Positions 12,703-21,290 of a DNA stretch of 64,000 nt are shown here, piece after piece. Each line of letters opens with the position of its first letter. The first letter of the stretch is position 1. The notes beneath the pieces are model-generated. The model saw only the letters and a list, made by a program, of their open reading frames with translations, was not told the DNA's origin and did not search any database. A program made the position numbers and the translations under genes. Origin of the DNA: Campylobacterales bacterium (GTDB taxonomy: Bacteria > Campylobacterota > Campylobacteria > Campylobacterales > QNZT01); NCBI GenBank assembly GCA_027023405.1, contig JALVVN010000038.1:147333-211332 (forward strand), given 5' to 3'.

Positions 12703-14308
12703 GCTATTTGCACTAATCTTCCTACCGATAGTTCTATTTGCAAATGTGAGCGCAAAACTCGACAAGCCGACTATCTATCGTGGGGATAGCGTGAAATTGA
12801 TCCTAGAGGCGGAGGGGGATGATGTCAATTTCCCTCAGATCGGCAAGATCGGTGGATTTCGTGTGATGGGCACCGCTACTTCACAAAGTATCAATATCAT
12901 CAACGGGAAAAGCAGTAAAAAACTCTCCAAAAGCTACACCTTTATCCCAACTCACAGTGTCAAAATACCCTCCTTTACGATTGAGGTGGACGGAAAAAGC
13001 CTACATACCAAACCGCTTTCGCTAAAAGTACTCGATCCGGCAAAGGCGCCACACGATCAGAGTGTGCAACTTCTCCTCAAAGCGGATAAAAAACATGCTC
13101 TTGTCGGTGAGAATATCAAAGTCGATCTCATTTTCAAACATGATCCAAGTGTCAAATATGACAAGGTTGTGATCAATCCACCCTCATTTGACGGCTTTTG
13201 GGTGAAACGATTGCCACAAGAGCGCACCTTTGCCTGCGGTGACGCGATATGTGAGGGGTATAGCTTTATTCTCACGCCTCAACAGGCGGGAAATTTCAAG
13301 ATCCCCCCTACTTCAGCAAGGCTTGGAAAGTATGATCCCGCACAAAACCGAGGTGGACTCTTTAACGATCCCTTTTTCGACGATCCCTTTTTCAACTCGC
13401 TAAGAGGAAGGTTGAGTTGGAGAGAAATTTACTCCAATGATCTCAATCTCTCCATCGATCCGCTTCCCAAAGGGGTCGAACTCTTCGGCTCCTACACAAT
13501 GGATGCAACTGTTGATAAGCAAAGTGTACACGCCGGAAAACCAGTCAATCTCACTATCGCCATCAAAGGAAGCGGAAATTTGGATGATATCCCGCCATTT
13601 AAGCTCGATATTCCTGATGCGGTGGTTTACAGCGATAAGCCGGAGGTGCATACCCATATTGAGGGGGAGAAGAGTGTCGGATCGTTTGAACAGAAGATCG
13701 CTATTGTTGCTGACAATAACTTTACTATTCCGGCGCTGACTCTGCAATATTATGATCAATTTGACAAAGAGATCAAGACGCTTAGCACTAAACCTATCTC
13801 CGTCACAGTCACGGGAGGATCAAAAAGAGCAAATGTAACGCCACAACAACCAAAAGTACAAGCTACACAATCCGCACCTGAACCGGTAGCATCATCTTCC
13901 CCAAAAGCCGATCATGAGGCTTCACAGACAGGTGAGAACGGTTCACAAAAGTATCCACTCTTCTATGGCGTGTTGATCTTCTTAGCAGGTGTTTTAAGTA
14001 CGCTTGGGGTGCAAAAATTGATCAAAATATTGCGCAATAAAGGTGCAAAAAGAGAGCATACACTTGCCGATAAAGTAGCAAAAGCAAAAGATAACAACGC
14101 GCTCTATCACTTGTTGTTACCTTACGCGAAGCTCGATCCTATCGTATCTGAAAGCTTGGAAGAGATCGAAAAGGATCGTAACAATTCAAAGCTCACACTC
14201 TCCAAAGAGATGCGTGAGAAGTTGGTTGATCGGCTTGACGAGTTAGAAGCGAAGGGGGGCAGTACTTCATCTTTCCTGATTTTTGCCGATAATACACAAA
14301 ATTCCTAG
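12680..14308 (+). CDS. batD: BatD-like oxygen-tolerance family protein
   Basis: 542 aa with a signal peptide, a long beta-rich extracytoplasmic region, one C-terminal TM helix (LFYGVLIFLAGVLSTLGV) and a cytoplasmic tail. Last gene of the Bat operon, overlapping batC by 23 nt. Confidence 0.65.
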   Translation: MNNSMIGRLFALIFLPIVLFANVSAKLDKPTIYRGDSVKLILEAEGDDVNFPQIGKIGGFRVMGTATSQSINIINGKSSKKLSKSYTFIPTHSVKIPSFTIEVDGKSLHTKPLSLKVLDPAKAPHDQSVQLLLKADKKHALVGENIKVDLIFKHDPSVKYDKVVINPPSFDGFWVKRLPQERTFACGDAICEGYSFILTPQQAGNFKIPPTSARLGKYDPAQNRGGLFNDPFFDDPFFNSLRGRLSWREIYSNDLNLSIDPLPKGVELFGSYTMDATVDKQSVHAGKPVNLTIAIKGSGNLDDIPPFKLDIPDAVVYSDKPEVHTHIEGEKSVGSFEQKIAIVADNNFTIPALTLQYYDQFDKEIKTLSTKPISVTVTGGSKRANVTPQQPKVQATQSAPEPVASSSPKADHEASQTGENGSQKYPLFYGVLIFLAGVLSTLGVQKLIKILRNKGAKREHTLADKVAKAKDNNALYHLLLPYAKLDPIVSESLEEIEKDRNNSKLTLSKEMREKLVDRLDELEAKGGSTSSFLIFADNTQNS

Positions 14309-14342
14309 GAAGGAAGCGCATCAATTTTAGGAGGGTTGTTAA

Positions 14343-15284
14343 GTGGCAAAAGTTATTGAAAAGAGTATAGAAACAAGCCAGGATAGTATTCTGAAGGAGA
14401 TGACCCTCCTTAACCCTCACCCTATAATCCTCTTTGATAGAATTGGAAAAGTGATTTTCGAAAATGATGCTGCTAAAAAGATCAATTTAGGTATTGATTC
14501 ACTCTATCAAATTTGTACATTGGAATCTGCAGAACTAGAGCAGATGATCTCAGAAAATAGAATAAAAAAGATACGCCATAATTCTCATGGCCGCTACTTT
14601 GATATTCAGCTTAAAGGAAGTAAAGAACATTGTGCCGTTTTCCTCTATGCTATGGATGTGACAAAAGAGTTTATGGTGCAAAAAGAGCTCAAATATACCC
14701 AAAAAGAGTTTACCCATACGATGGGGTTTATTGGAGAACAGCGATCAAATGAAACAGTCAGTCACATTAAACGAGTGAGTGAGTATAGTAAACTCTTGGG
14801 TATTGCAAGTGGTTTAAGGAGACAAGAGATAAAACTACTCTATCTTACGGCTCCTCTGCATGATATCGGCAATGCTCTGATTCCTGATGAAATACTTAAC
14901 AAACCTGAAAAGCTCACCAAGGAAGAGTTTAAAATCATGCAACAACATACGCAATTTGGTTATGAGATATTTAAAAATTATGAACAACCACTCTTCAAAG
15001 CTGCAGCTACGATTGCGCATCAGCATCACGAGAAGTTTGACGGAAGCGGTTATCCGCAAGGACTCAAAGGTGAGGAGATTCACATCTTCGCTAGAATATT
15101 TGCGATTGCGGATGTCTTTGATGCCTTGGCAAGTGATAGAGTTTATAAAAAGGCTTGGGATATCGACATTGTACTTGATCTGATTCGATCAGAAAGAGGA
15201 CACCATTTTGACCCTAAGCTCGTCGATCTATTTTTTAAGCATTTGCATAAATTTTTGGCGATAAAATCAAAATATCAAGATTAG
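14343..15284 (+). CDS. HD-GYP domain phosphodiesterase with N-terminal sensor-like domain
   Basis: 313 aa with a GTG start. HD motif LHDIGNALIP and HHEKFDGSGYPQGL (GYP) define HD-GYP. The N-terminal ~120 aa may be PAS-like. No receiver domain. Confidence 0.85.
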   Translation: MAKVIEKSIETSQDSILKEMTLLNPHPIILFDRIGKVIFENDAAKKINLGIDSLYQICTLESAELEQMISENRIKKIRHNSHGRYFDIQLKGSKEHCAVFLYAMDVTKEFMVQKELKYTQKEFTHTMGFIGEQRSNETVSHIKRVSEYSKLLGIASGLRRQEIKLLYLTAPLHDIGNALIPDEILNKPEKLTKEEFKIMQQHTQFGYEIFKNYEQPLFKAAATIAHQHHEKFDGSGYPQGLKGEEIHIFARIFAIADVFDALASDRVYKKAWDIDIVLDLIRSERGHHFDPKLVDLFFKHLHKFLAIKSKYQD

Positions 15285-15291
15285 AGTTTGC

Positions 15292-15846
15292 TCACTCCCG
15301 AAATCGTTCAAATACAAAGTCAAAGTCGATCTTCGGTGAGCACTCAATCCCCTCAAACTGAAACGAACCCTCAAGGAGATCTGTCACTTTTTCATAGGAT
15401 TTGCCGTCGAGTTTATAGATCTTTGCTTTGAGATCTTCGGGGTAGATCAGGATATAATAGGGAACTTTTTCACTCTCATAGAGAAGGTATTTGATCTTCT
15501 CGTCTCTGAGGGCGCTATTTTGCGAGACGATCTCTACGATGAGTTCGGGGCTTTTTTTGATGTAGGCGCCCTCTTTTTGTCCGCATACGAGGGCGATATC
15601 GGGGCGCAAGATCGTATCATCGGAGATTTTATAATCCATCTCAGAGACCACCATGCACCGTTTGCACTTTTTGATACTCTCAGTAAGAGAAGTTCCAATA
15701 AGCATGGCAATTGACTGATGATTAAACATTGGTGAGGGAGCCATTGCATAGGCATTTCCGTTGATTAGCTCCCAATCTCCTTCCCACTCTTTATACGCTT
15801 CATAGGTATAATAGGGGCGATACTCATCCTTTTTTACGGCACCCAT
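15292..15846 (-). CDS. Uma2-family (DUF820) putative endonuclease
   Basis: 184 aa with YELINGNAYAMAPSP, RPDIALV and PELIVEIVSQNSALRDEKIKYLLYESEKVPYYILIYPE, matching the PD-(D/E)xK-like Uma2 pattern. Confidence 0.7.
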   Translation of the reverse strand: MGAVKKDEYRPYYTYEAYKEWEGDWELINGNAYAMAPSPMFNHQSIAMLIGTSLTESIKKCKRCMVVSEMDYKISDDTILRPDIALVCGQKEGAYIKKSPELIVEIVSQNSALRDEKIKYLLYESEKVPYYILIYPEDLKAKIYKLDGKSYEKVTDLLEGSFQFEGIECSPKIDFDFVFERFRE

Positions 15847-15901
15847 CGATAGATCCTTCCTATTTTTTCTACATTATAGCAAAAATTTAGTCGCTTAGCT
15901 A

Positions 15902-17467
15902 CTATTTGGCATAGTTGACTGCCCGTAGCTCTCGGATGACATTGACTTTGATATCTCCGGGATATTGAACCTTTTCTTCAATCTCTTTGGCGATCTCTTT
16001 TGCCAAGAGTACTGCTTCATCATCGTTAATGAGTTGTGCATTGGCGATAACGCGCACCTCGCGTCCCGCGTTGATGGCGTAAGCTTGTTTGACCCCTTTT
16101 TGGGAGGTAGCGATCTCCTCAATCGCTGTTACCCGTTTCAAGAAGGCCTCCAGTACCTCTCTTCTTGCACCGGGTCTTGCGGCGGAGAGGACATCGGCAG
16201 TACATACGGCCGCGGATTCAACGCTATTGGGCTCCTCATGTCCGTGATGTGCATAGATCGCGTTAATGACGACTTCGTTCTCTTTGTAGCGCTTACATAT
16301 CTCTGCGCCTAAGTCAACATGGCTCCCTTCAAAATCATGGGTCAATGCCTTTCCGATATCATGAAGTAGTCCGGCTCGTTTGGCTAATTTTTCGTCTCCA
16401 CCGCATTCAGCAGCTATAATTGATGCCAAGTGTGCCACTTCGAGAGAGTGCCCCAAGGCATTTTGCCCGTAACTGGCACGAAACTTGAGTTTGCCCACAA
16501 GTTTGATAAGTTCTGGATGTAGATCGGAGATACCAAGATCAAAGACAATATTTTCACCCTCCTCCAAAAGGCGATCTTCAAATTCACGGCTCACGCGATC
16601 ATAAATCTCTTCAATGCGCGCGGGTTGAATGCGTCCATCGGCGACCAAATCCTCCACGACCCGTGTAGCGATTGCGCGACGATAGAGATTAAAGGAGCTT
16701 AGGATAATGACATTGGGGGTGTCATCGATGATCACATCCACACCCAAAAGCGTTTCGAGTGCTTTGATGTTGCGCCCCTCTCTTCCGATGATTCGACCTT
16801 TGATATCGTCACTTGGGAGTGTGACGGTATTCATCAGCCTCTCACTGGCAAACTCCCCGGCATAACGAGTGGTCGCTTGTGCGATGATAAAATTGGCTTT
16901 TCGCTTGGCTTGATTTTTGGCTTCAATTTCATATTTTCTCACAATATGTGCAATCTCACCTCGCGCCTTCTCCTCGGCTCGATTCAAGATCACCTCTTGT
17001 GCTTCACTTTGGGTCATACCTGCCGATTTTTCTATGAGTTCATCTGCTTGAGCAATCTTTTGTTCATAGAGTTTTTGCGTCGTCTCAAGCTCTTTTTCTC
17101 GCTCTTGCATCTCCTCTTTGAGCGCTTTGAGTTCAGCCTTTTCTAGTGTAATATTTTTCAGTTCATCTTTAAAGAGGGCATTGAGGTTGGCATCCTTGTC
17201 TTGAAGCTCCTCCATTCGCTTTTCATGCTCATCCCGTAACTTTTGAAGCTCACTTTCGTAGTGTTGTTTTTGTTCTAACTCAATCTCTTTTGCTTTGATT
17301 TTGGCATCTTGAAGCAATTTTTCCGCTTCGTGTTCGATCACCTTTGCCTTCGCTTTGGACTGTTCGACTAAGATATCTTTTTTGCTATTAGCGTAAAATT
17401 TCACTCCTAGATAACTCAAAAGTGCGCCACCGAGCGCGCCGCCTGTAATGCTGAAAATTTCGACCAT
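15902..17467 (-). CDS. rny: Ribonuclease Y
   Basis: 521 aa with an N-terminal TM helix, long coiled coil, KH domain (GRIIGREGRNIKALE) and HD domain (LLHDIGKA). Confidence 0.9.
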   Translation of the reverse strand: MVEIFSITGGALGGALLSYLGVKFYANSKKDILVEQSKAKAKVIEHEAEKLLQDAKIKAKEIELEQKQHYESELQKLRDEHEKRMEELQDKDANLNALFKDELKNITLEKAELKALKEEMQEREKELETTQKLYEQKIAQADELIEKSAGMTQSEAQEVILNRAEEKARGEIAHIVRKYEIEAKNQAKRKANFIIAQATTRYAGEFASERLMNTVTLPSDDIKGRIIGREGRNIKALETLLGVDVIIDDTPNVIILSSFNLYRRAIATRVVEDLVADGRIQPARIEEIYDRVSREFEDRLLEEGENIVFDLGISDLHPELIKLVGKLKFRASYGQNALGHSLEVAHLASIIAAECGGDEKLAKRAGLLHDIGKALTHDFEGSHVDLGAEICKRYKENEVVINAIYAHHGHEEPNSVESAAVCTADVLSAARPGARREVLEAFLKRVTAIEEIATSQKGVKQAYAINAGREVRVIANAQLINDDEAVLLAKEIAKEIEEKVQYPGDIKVNVIRELRAVNYAK

Positions 17468-18023
17468 ATCGTTTACCTGCTATCAAATTCTCTTTAGAGG
17501 AGAGATAGAAGTCACCCCGAATATCATGGGCACTGCAAACATTTTTTCTCGTCACACAGGGAATACGCTGTATAAAAATCACGGTAGGTTTCAGATGCAG
17601 CGTATCGAAAAATCTATCATACATTCCTTTGCCAAAACCCACACGCCCAAATCCACTATCCATTGCGACAACGGGTACTATAATTAAATCAACTTTTTTA
17701 TGCGCGCGTTTACTTTTTGGCTCTTGAATCTTAAAACTATTCTCTTCTAAAGGTAACCGGTATTCTACCATGTTAAAACTTTCTTTTTGGATTTTAGGTA
17801 CAAATAGTTTGATCCCCTTTCGACGGTAATGATAAATCAATCGTCGTAGGTCCACTTCAATAGGTAACGGTAGATAGAGAAGGATAGATTTGGGTTGAGG
17901 AGAGAGGGAATCGATTAACTTTTTGACTTGATTGGTTATCTTTTTATCGATGGCATAGCGATTTTTCATCCCATAAGTGCGTAATCTTTGTAGTGTTCGC
18001 TTTCGTAACTCTCTCTTAACCAT
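17388..18023 (-). CDS. 5-formyltetrahydrofolate cyclo-ligase family protein
   Basis: 211 aa with LLYLPLPIEVD, IIVPVVAMDSGFGRVGFGKGMYDRF and a late HD block, typical of 5-FCL. The 3' end overlaps the rny start by 80 nt. Confidence 0.7.
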   Translation of the reverse strand: MVKRELRKRTLQRLRTYGMKNRYAIDKKITNQVKKLIDSLSPQPKSILLYLPLPIEVDLRRLIYHYRRKGIKLFVPKIQKESFNMVEYRLPLEENSFKIQEPKSKRAHKKVDLIIVPVVAMDSGFGRVGFGKGMYDRFFDTLHLKPTVIFIQRIPCVTRKNVCSAHDIRGDFYLSSKENLIAGKRYGRNFQHYRRRARWRTFELSRSEILR

Positions 18024-18098
18024 TTTAAGCCTTTATGCTATATAATTTTCAAAAGGACAGTTAGAATAGTCCCCGAAAATATAAGGAATCAAAATAGT

Positions 18099-18704
18099 AT
18101 GATAGCAAAAATAGTACCGTTTTTACTTCTCTCACTACTTATGACAGGTTGCAATAAAAAGAGTGAGAATCAATCACAAAACAACAATGCAAACACTGAA
18201 GCGACCAAAACAGTGAAGCAAACAGATACAACAACCAACAAAACTGCCACACAGGAACCGCAAAAAAATGTGCTTCACATGAAAGGTGTCGATCAAAAAG
18301 ATTATGAATTGATTGCCGATTATCGTGGATTAATCTTCAAAGGATATGAAGGGAAGATTCTTTTGCTTGATTTTTTTGCGACCTGGTGTCCGCCGTGTCG
18401 TGCCGAAATACCCCATTTGGTCAATCTTCAAAAGAAGTACAAAGGCAAACTCCAAGTTTTCTCTATCTTGATGGAGGAGAATAAGTCCAATGAAGAGATG
18501 GAGGATTTTATCGATAGTTTTGACATCAACTATCCAGTACTCAACTCCAAAGAGAATTTCTTTCTCTCACAAGCACTTGGCGGTATTAAATCCCTTCCGA
18601 CACTAGTGATCTATGATAAAACTGGTGCCTACTTTACCCACTTTGTCGGTGCGGCACCTGAAGAGATGCTTGAGAGCGCAATCGAGAAGGCGCTCAAAAA
18701 GTAA
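18099..18704 (+). CDS. TlpA/ResA-family thiol:disulfide oxidoreductase lipoprotein
   Basis: 201 aa with lipobox LLMTGC, a low-complexity linker and a thioredoxin fold with WCPPC. Confidence 0.8.
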   Translation: MIAKIVPFLLLSLLMTGCNKKSENQSQNNNANTEATKTVKQTDTTTNKTATQEPQKNVLHMKGVDQKDYELIADYRGLIFKGYEGKILLLDFFATWCPPCRAEIPHLVNLQKKYKGKLQVFSILMEENKSNEEMEDFIDSFDINYPVLNSKENFFLSQALGGIKSLPTLVIYDKTGAYFTHFVGAAPEEMLESAIEKALKK

Positions 18705-19591
18705 TGTTCGGTTTTTTTAAAAAGGTACTCAACAAAACGACCGATCACATCAAGGAGATTGCACCCCAAAAGAGTGATAAAATCTCCAAAGAGATGCTTG
18801 AGGATATTTTACTCGAAGCGGATGTGAGTTACGATCTCGTTGAAGAGATCATCTACTACATGCCTCCCTCCAAAACGGTCTCTCGTTCGGATGTACGACG
18901 CGTCTTGTTGTCATATTTTATTGATGTGGAACCCTTAAAACAAGAGGAGCATATCAAACCTTTTGTAGAGCTCATTTTTGGTATCAACGGCGCGGGGAAA
19001 ACGACGACCATCGCCAAATTGGCATACCGCTATAAAAATGAGTTAAACAAAAGTGTCATTTTAGGTGCTTCGGATACTTTTCGCGCTGCTGCGATTGAGC
19101 AGTTGGAGCGCTGGGCGATGCGGATCGATGTGCCGATCGTCTCTACCAAGCAGGGTCATGATCCTTCAGCGGTGGCGTATGATACGATCAGTTCCGCTAT
19201 GGCTAAGGGGATCGACCGGGTGATAATCGATACTGCCGGGAGATTGCATACGCAAAAAAATCTCGCTTCAGAGCTTCAAAAGATCGAACGCATCTGCAAC
19301 AAAGCCAAAGAGGGAACACCCCATCGCAAAATCCTGATCCTTGATGGAACACAGGGAAATGCGGCGATTTCACAAGCCAAAGCATTTCATGAAATTATCG
19401 GTGTAGATGCACTGATTATCACCAAGCTAGACGGTACCGCCAAGGGGGGTGCACTCTTTAGTATTGCCAAAGAGCTCAAAAAGCCGATACTCTATATCGG
19501 GATGGGGGAGAATGAGAAAGATTTGCTACCGTTTGATAAAGAGGCGTTTGTTGAGCCGATTCTTGATGCGATTTTTGGAGAGGAAGCCTAA
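18704..19591 (+). CDS. ftsY: Signal recognition particle receptor FtsY
   Basis: 295 aa SRP-GTPase NG domain with GINGAGKTTTIAKL, DTAGRLH and TKLDGTAKGG. Confidence 0.9.
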   Translation: MFGFFKKVLNKTTDHIKEIAPQKSDKISKEMLEDILLEADVSYDLVEEIIYYMPPSKTVSRSDVRRVLLSYFIDVEPLKQEEHIKPFVELIFGINGAGKTTTIAKLAYRYKNELNKSVILGASDTFRAAAIEQLERWAMRIDVPIVSTKQGHDPSAVAYDTISSAMAKGIDRVIIDTAGRLHTQKNLASELQKIERICNKAKEGTPHRKILILDGTQGNAAISQAKAFHEIIGVDALIITKLDGTAKGGALFSIAKELKKPILYIGMGENEKDLLPFDKEAFVEPILDAIFGEEA

Positions 19592-19593
19592 GA

Positions 19594-20946
19594 TTGGCGA
19601 AGAAAAAAGTCCTCTTTGAGTGTCAAGCCTGCGGTTTTCAAAGCTCCAAATGGATGGGAAAATGCCCAAACTGCAATGCATGGGATCAGTTTATGGAGCT
19701 CAGTGCCAAAGAGATGGAGTTGCTCAAAGAGATTCAGAGCCACGCTACAAATGCCAAAAATCAAGCCCTATCCATTACAGAGGTTCAAGAGGAGCATCAC
19801 GAGCGTTTCAGTAGTGGGGATAGTGAACTGGATTTGGTTCTCGGCGGTGGTGTAGTTCCGGGATCATTGACGCTCATTGGCGGGAGCCCGGGAGTGGGGA
19901 AATCGACCCTGCTTTTGAAGATCGGTGCCAATCTTGCCCAAAGCGGTAAAAAGGTGCTCTATGTCAGCGGTGAGGAGTCGCTGGGACAGATCAAGATTCG
20001 TGCCAATCGACTCGAAGCCAATCATCCCAATCTCTACTTGCTCTCTGAAATCGATCTAGCCCTGATCTTTGCGGAGCTTTCAAAACAATCTTATGACATT
20101 TTGATTGTTGATTCGATTCAAACGCTCTACTCTCAAGCTATCAGTTCTGCTCCTGGTAGCGTGTCGCAGGTACGCGAGATCACCTTTGAGTTGATGCGCT
20201 ACTCCAAAGAGAGGCGTGTCGCCACCTTTATCATCGGTCATATCACCAAGGAGGGATCGATCGCGGGGCCACGGGTTTTGGAGCATATGGTCGATACGGT
20301 GCTTTATTTTGAGGGGGATGCGAACCGAGAATTGCGACTGCTTCGGGGATTTAAAAATCGTTTTGGATCGACGAGTGAAGTGGGTATCTTTGAGATGACA
20401 GAACAAGGACTTCTCAGTGCGACAGACATCTCCAAAAAGTTTTTCAATCGTGGACGAAATCAAGCGGGATCGGCAATTACCGTCATTATGGAGGGGAGTC
20501 GCCCTATCATCCTTGAGGTGCAGGCGCTTGTGGCGGAGAGTAGCGGTTCATCGCCCAAACGGAGTGCGACAGGCTATGAGCAAAACCGTCTGACGATGCT
20601 CTTGGCGCTACTGGAGAGAAAGCTCGATCTCCCACTCAACGGCTATGATGTGTTCATTAATATCGCCGGAGGTATTAAGATTAATGAGACAGCTGCCGAT
20701 TTAGCTATTGTAGCAGCAATTATCAGTAGCTTTCGAGATCGGGTGATTTCACACGAGAGTATCTTTATCGGTGAAGTTTCACTCATCGGTGATATTCGTG
20801 ATGTTTACCATCTGGAAACGCGTCTTAAAGAGGCGAAAACACACGGCTTTGAGAAGGCGATCGTCGCAAAAAAGCCAAGCGCTAAAGAAGATTTGATAAA
20901 ATGTTATGAAGTGAATGAGGTTGAAAAACTTATTGACTGGATGTAA
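19594..20946 (+). CDS. radA: DNA repair protein RadA/Sms
   Basis: 450 aa (TTG start) with an N-terminal zinc finger (CQACG...CPNC), RecA-like Walker A GGSPGVGKST, the KNRFG motif and a Lon-like C-terminal domain. Confidence 0.9.
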   Translation: MAKKKVLFECQACGFQSSKWMGKCPNCNAWDQFMELSAKEMELLKEIQSHATNAKNQALSITEVQEEHHERFSSGDSELDLVLGGGVVPGSLTLIGGSPGVGKSTLLLKIGANLAQSGKKVLYVSGEESLGQIKIRANRLEANHPNLYLLSEIDLALIFAELSKQSYDILIVDSIQTLYSQAISSAPGSVSQVREITFELMRYSKERRVATFIIGHITKEGSIAGPRVLEHMVDTVLYFEGDANRELRLLRGFKNRFGSTSEVGIFEMTEQGLLSATDISKKFFNRGRNQAGSAITVIMEGSRPIILEVQALVAESSGSSPKRSATGYEQNRLTMLLALLERKLDLPLNGYDVFINIAGGIKINETAADLAIVAAIISSFRDRVISHESIFIGEVSLIGDIRDVYHLETRLKEAKTHGFEKAIVAKKPSAKEDLIKCYEVNEVEKLIDWM

Positions 20947-20966
20947 AAAAGATTAAAGGTTTTAAA

Positions 20967-21248
20967 ATGTCAAAAGAGATGTCTATTCATGCACTGCATG
21001 AAATGGAAGAGCGATATAGTAGATTAGTCATTGAGTACCATAGTTTAGAGCAGAAAGAGAAGATTTTTCATACCGTTAATGATACGATTAAGAAATTTAA
21101 ACTACACCCTATGCAAATGATGGAACCACATGGAGAATTTGAGGGAAAATTTTGTCTTGAGTTTCATGACGATTATCGCAAAGAGTCAGGAGAATTTTTT
21201 GAGGAGATCTTAAAAGAACTTGATGTCGATCACTGCGATCTCGGCTAA
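20967..21248 (+). CDS. Hypothetical protein (93 aa)
   Basis: Acidic ORF in a lower-GC stretch with a plausible start context. No motif recognised. Confidence 0.35.
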   Translation: MSKEMSIHALHEMEERYSRLVIEYHSLEQKEKIFHTVNDTIKKFKLHPMQMMEPHGEFEGKFCLEFHDDYRKESGEFFEEILKELDVDHCDLG

Positions 21249-21290
21249 GTAATTAACACTTTATTTACACTAAGCAGGTACAATTCACGC

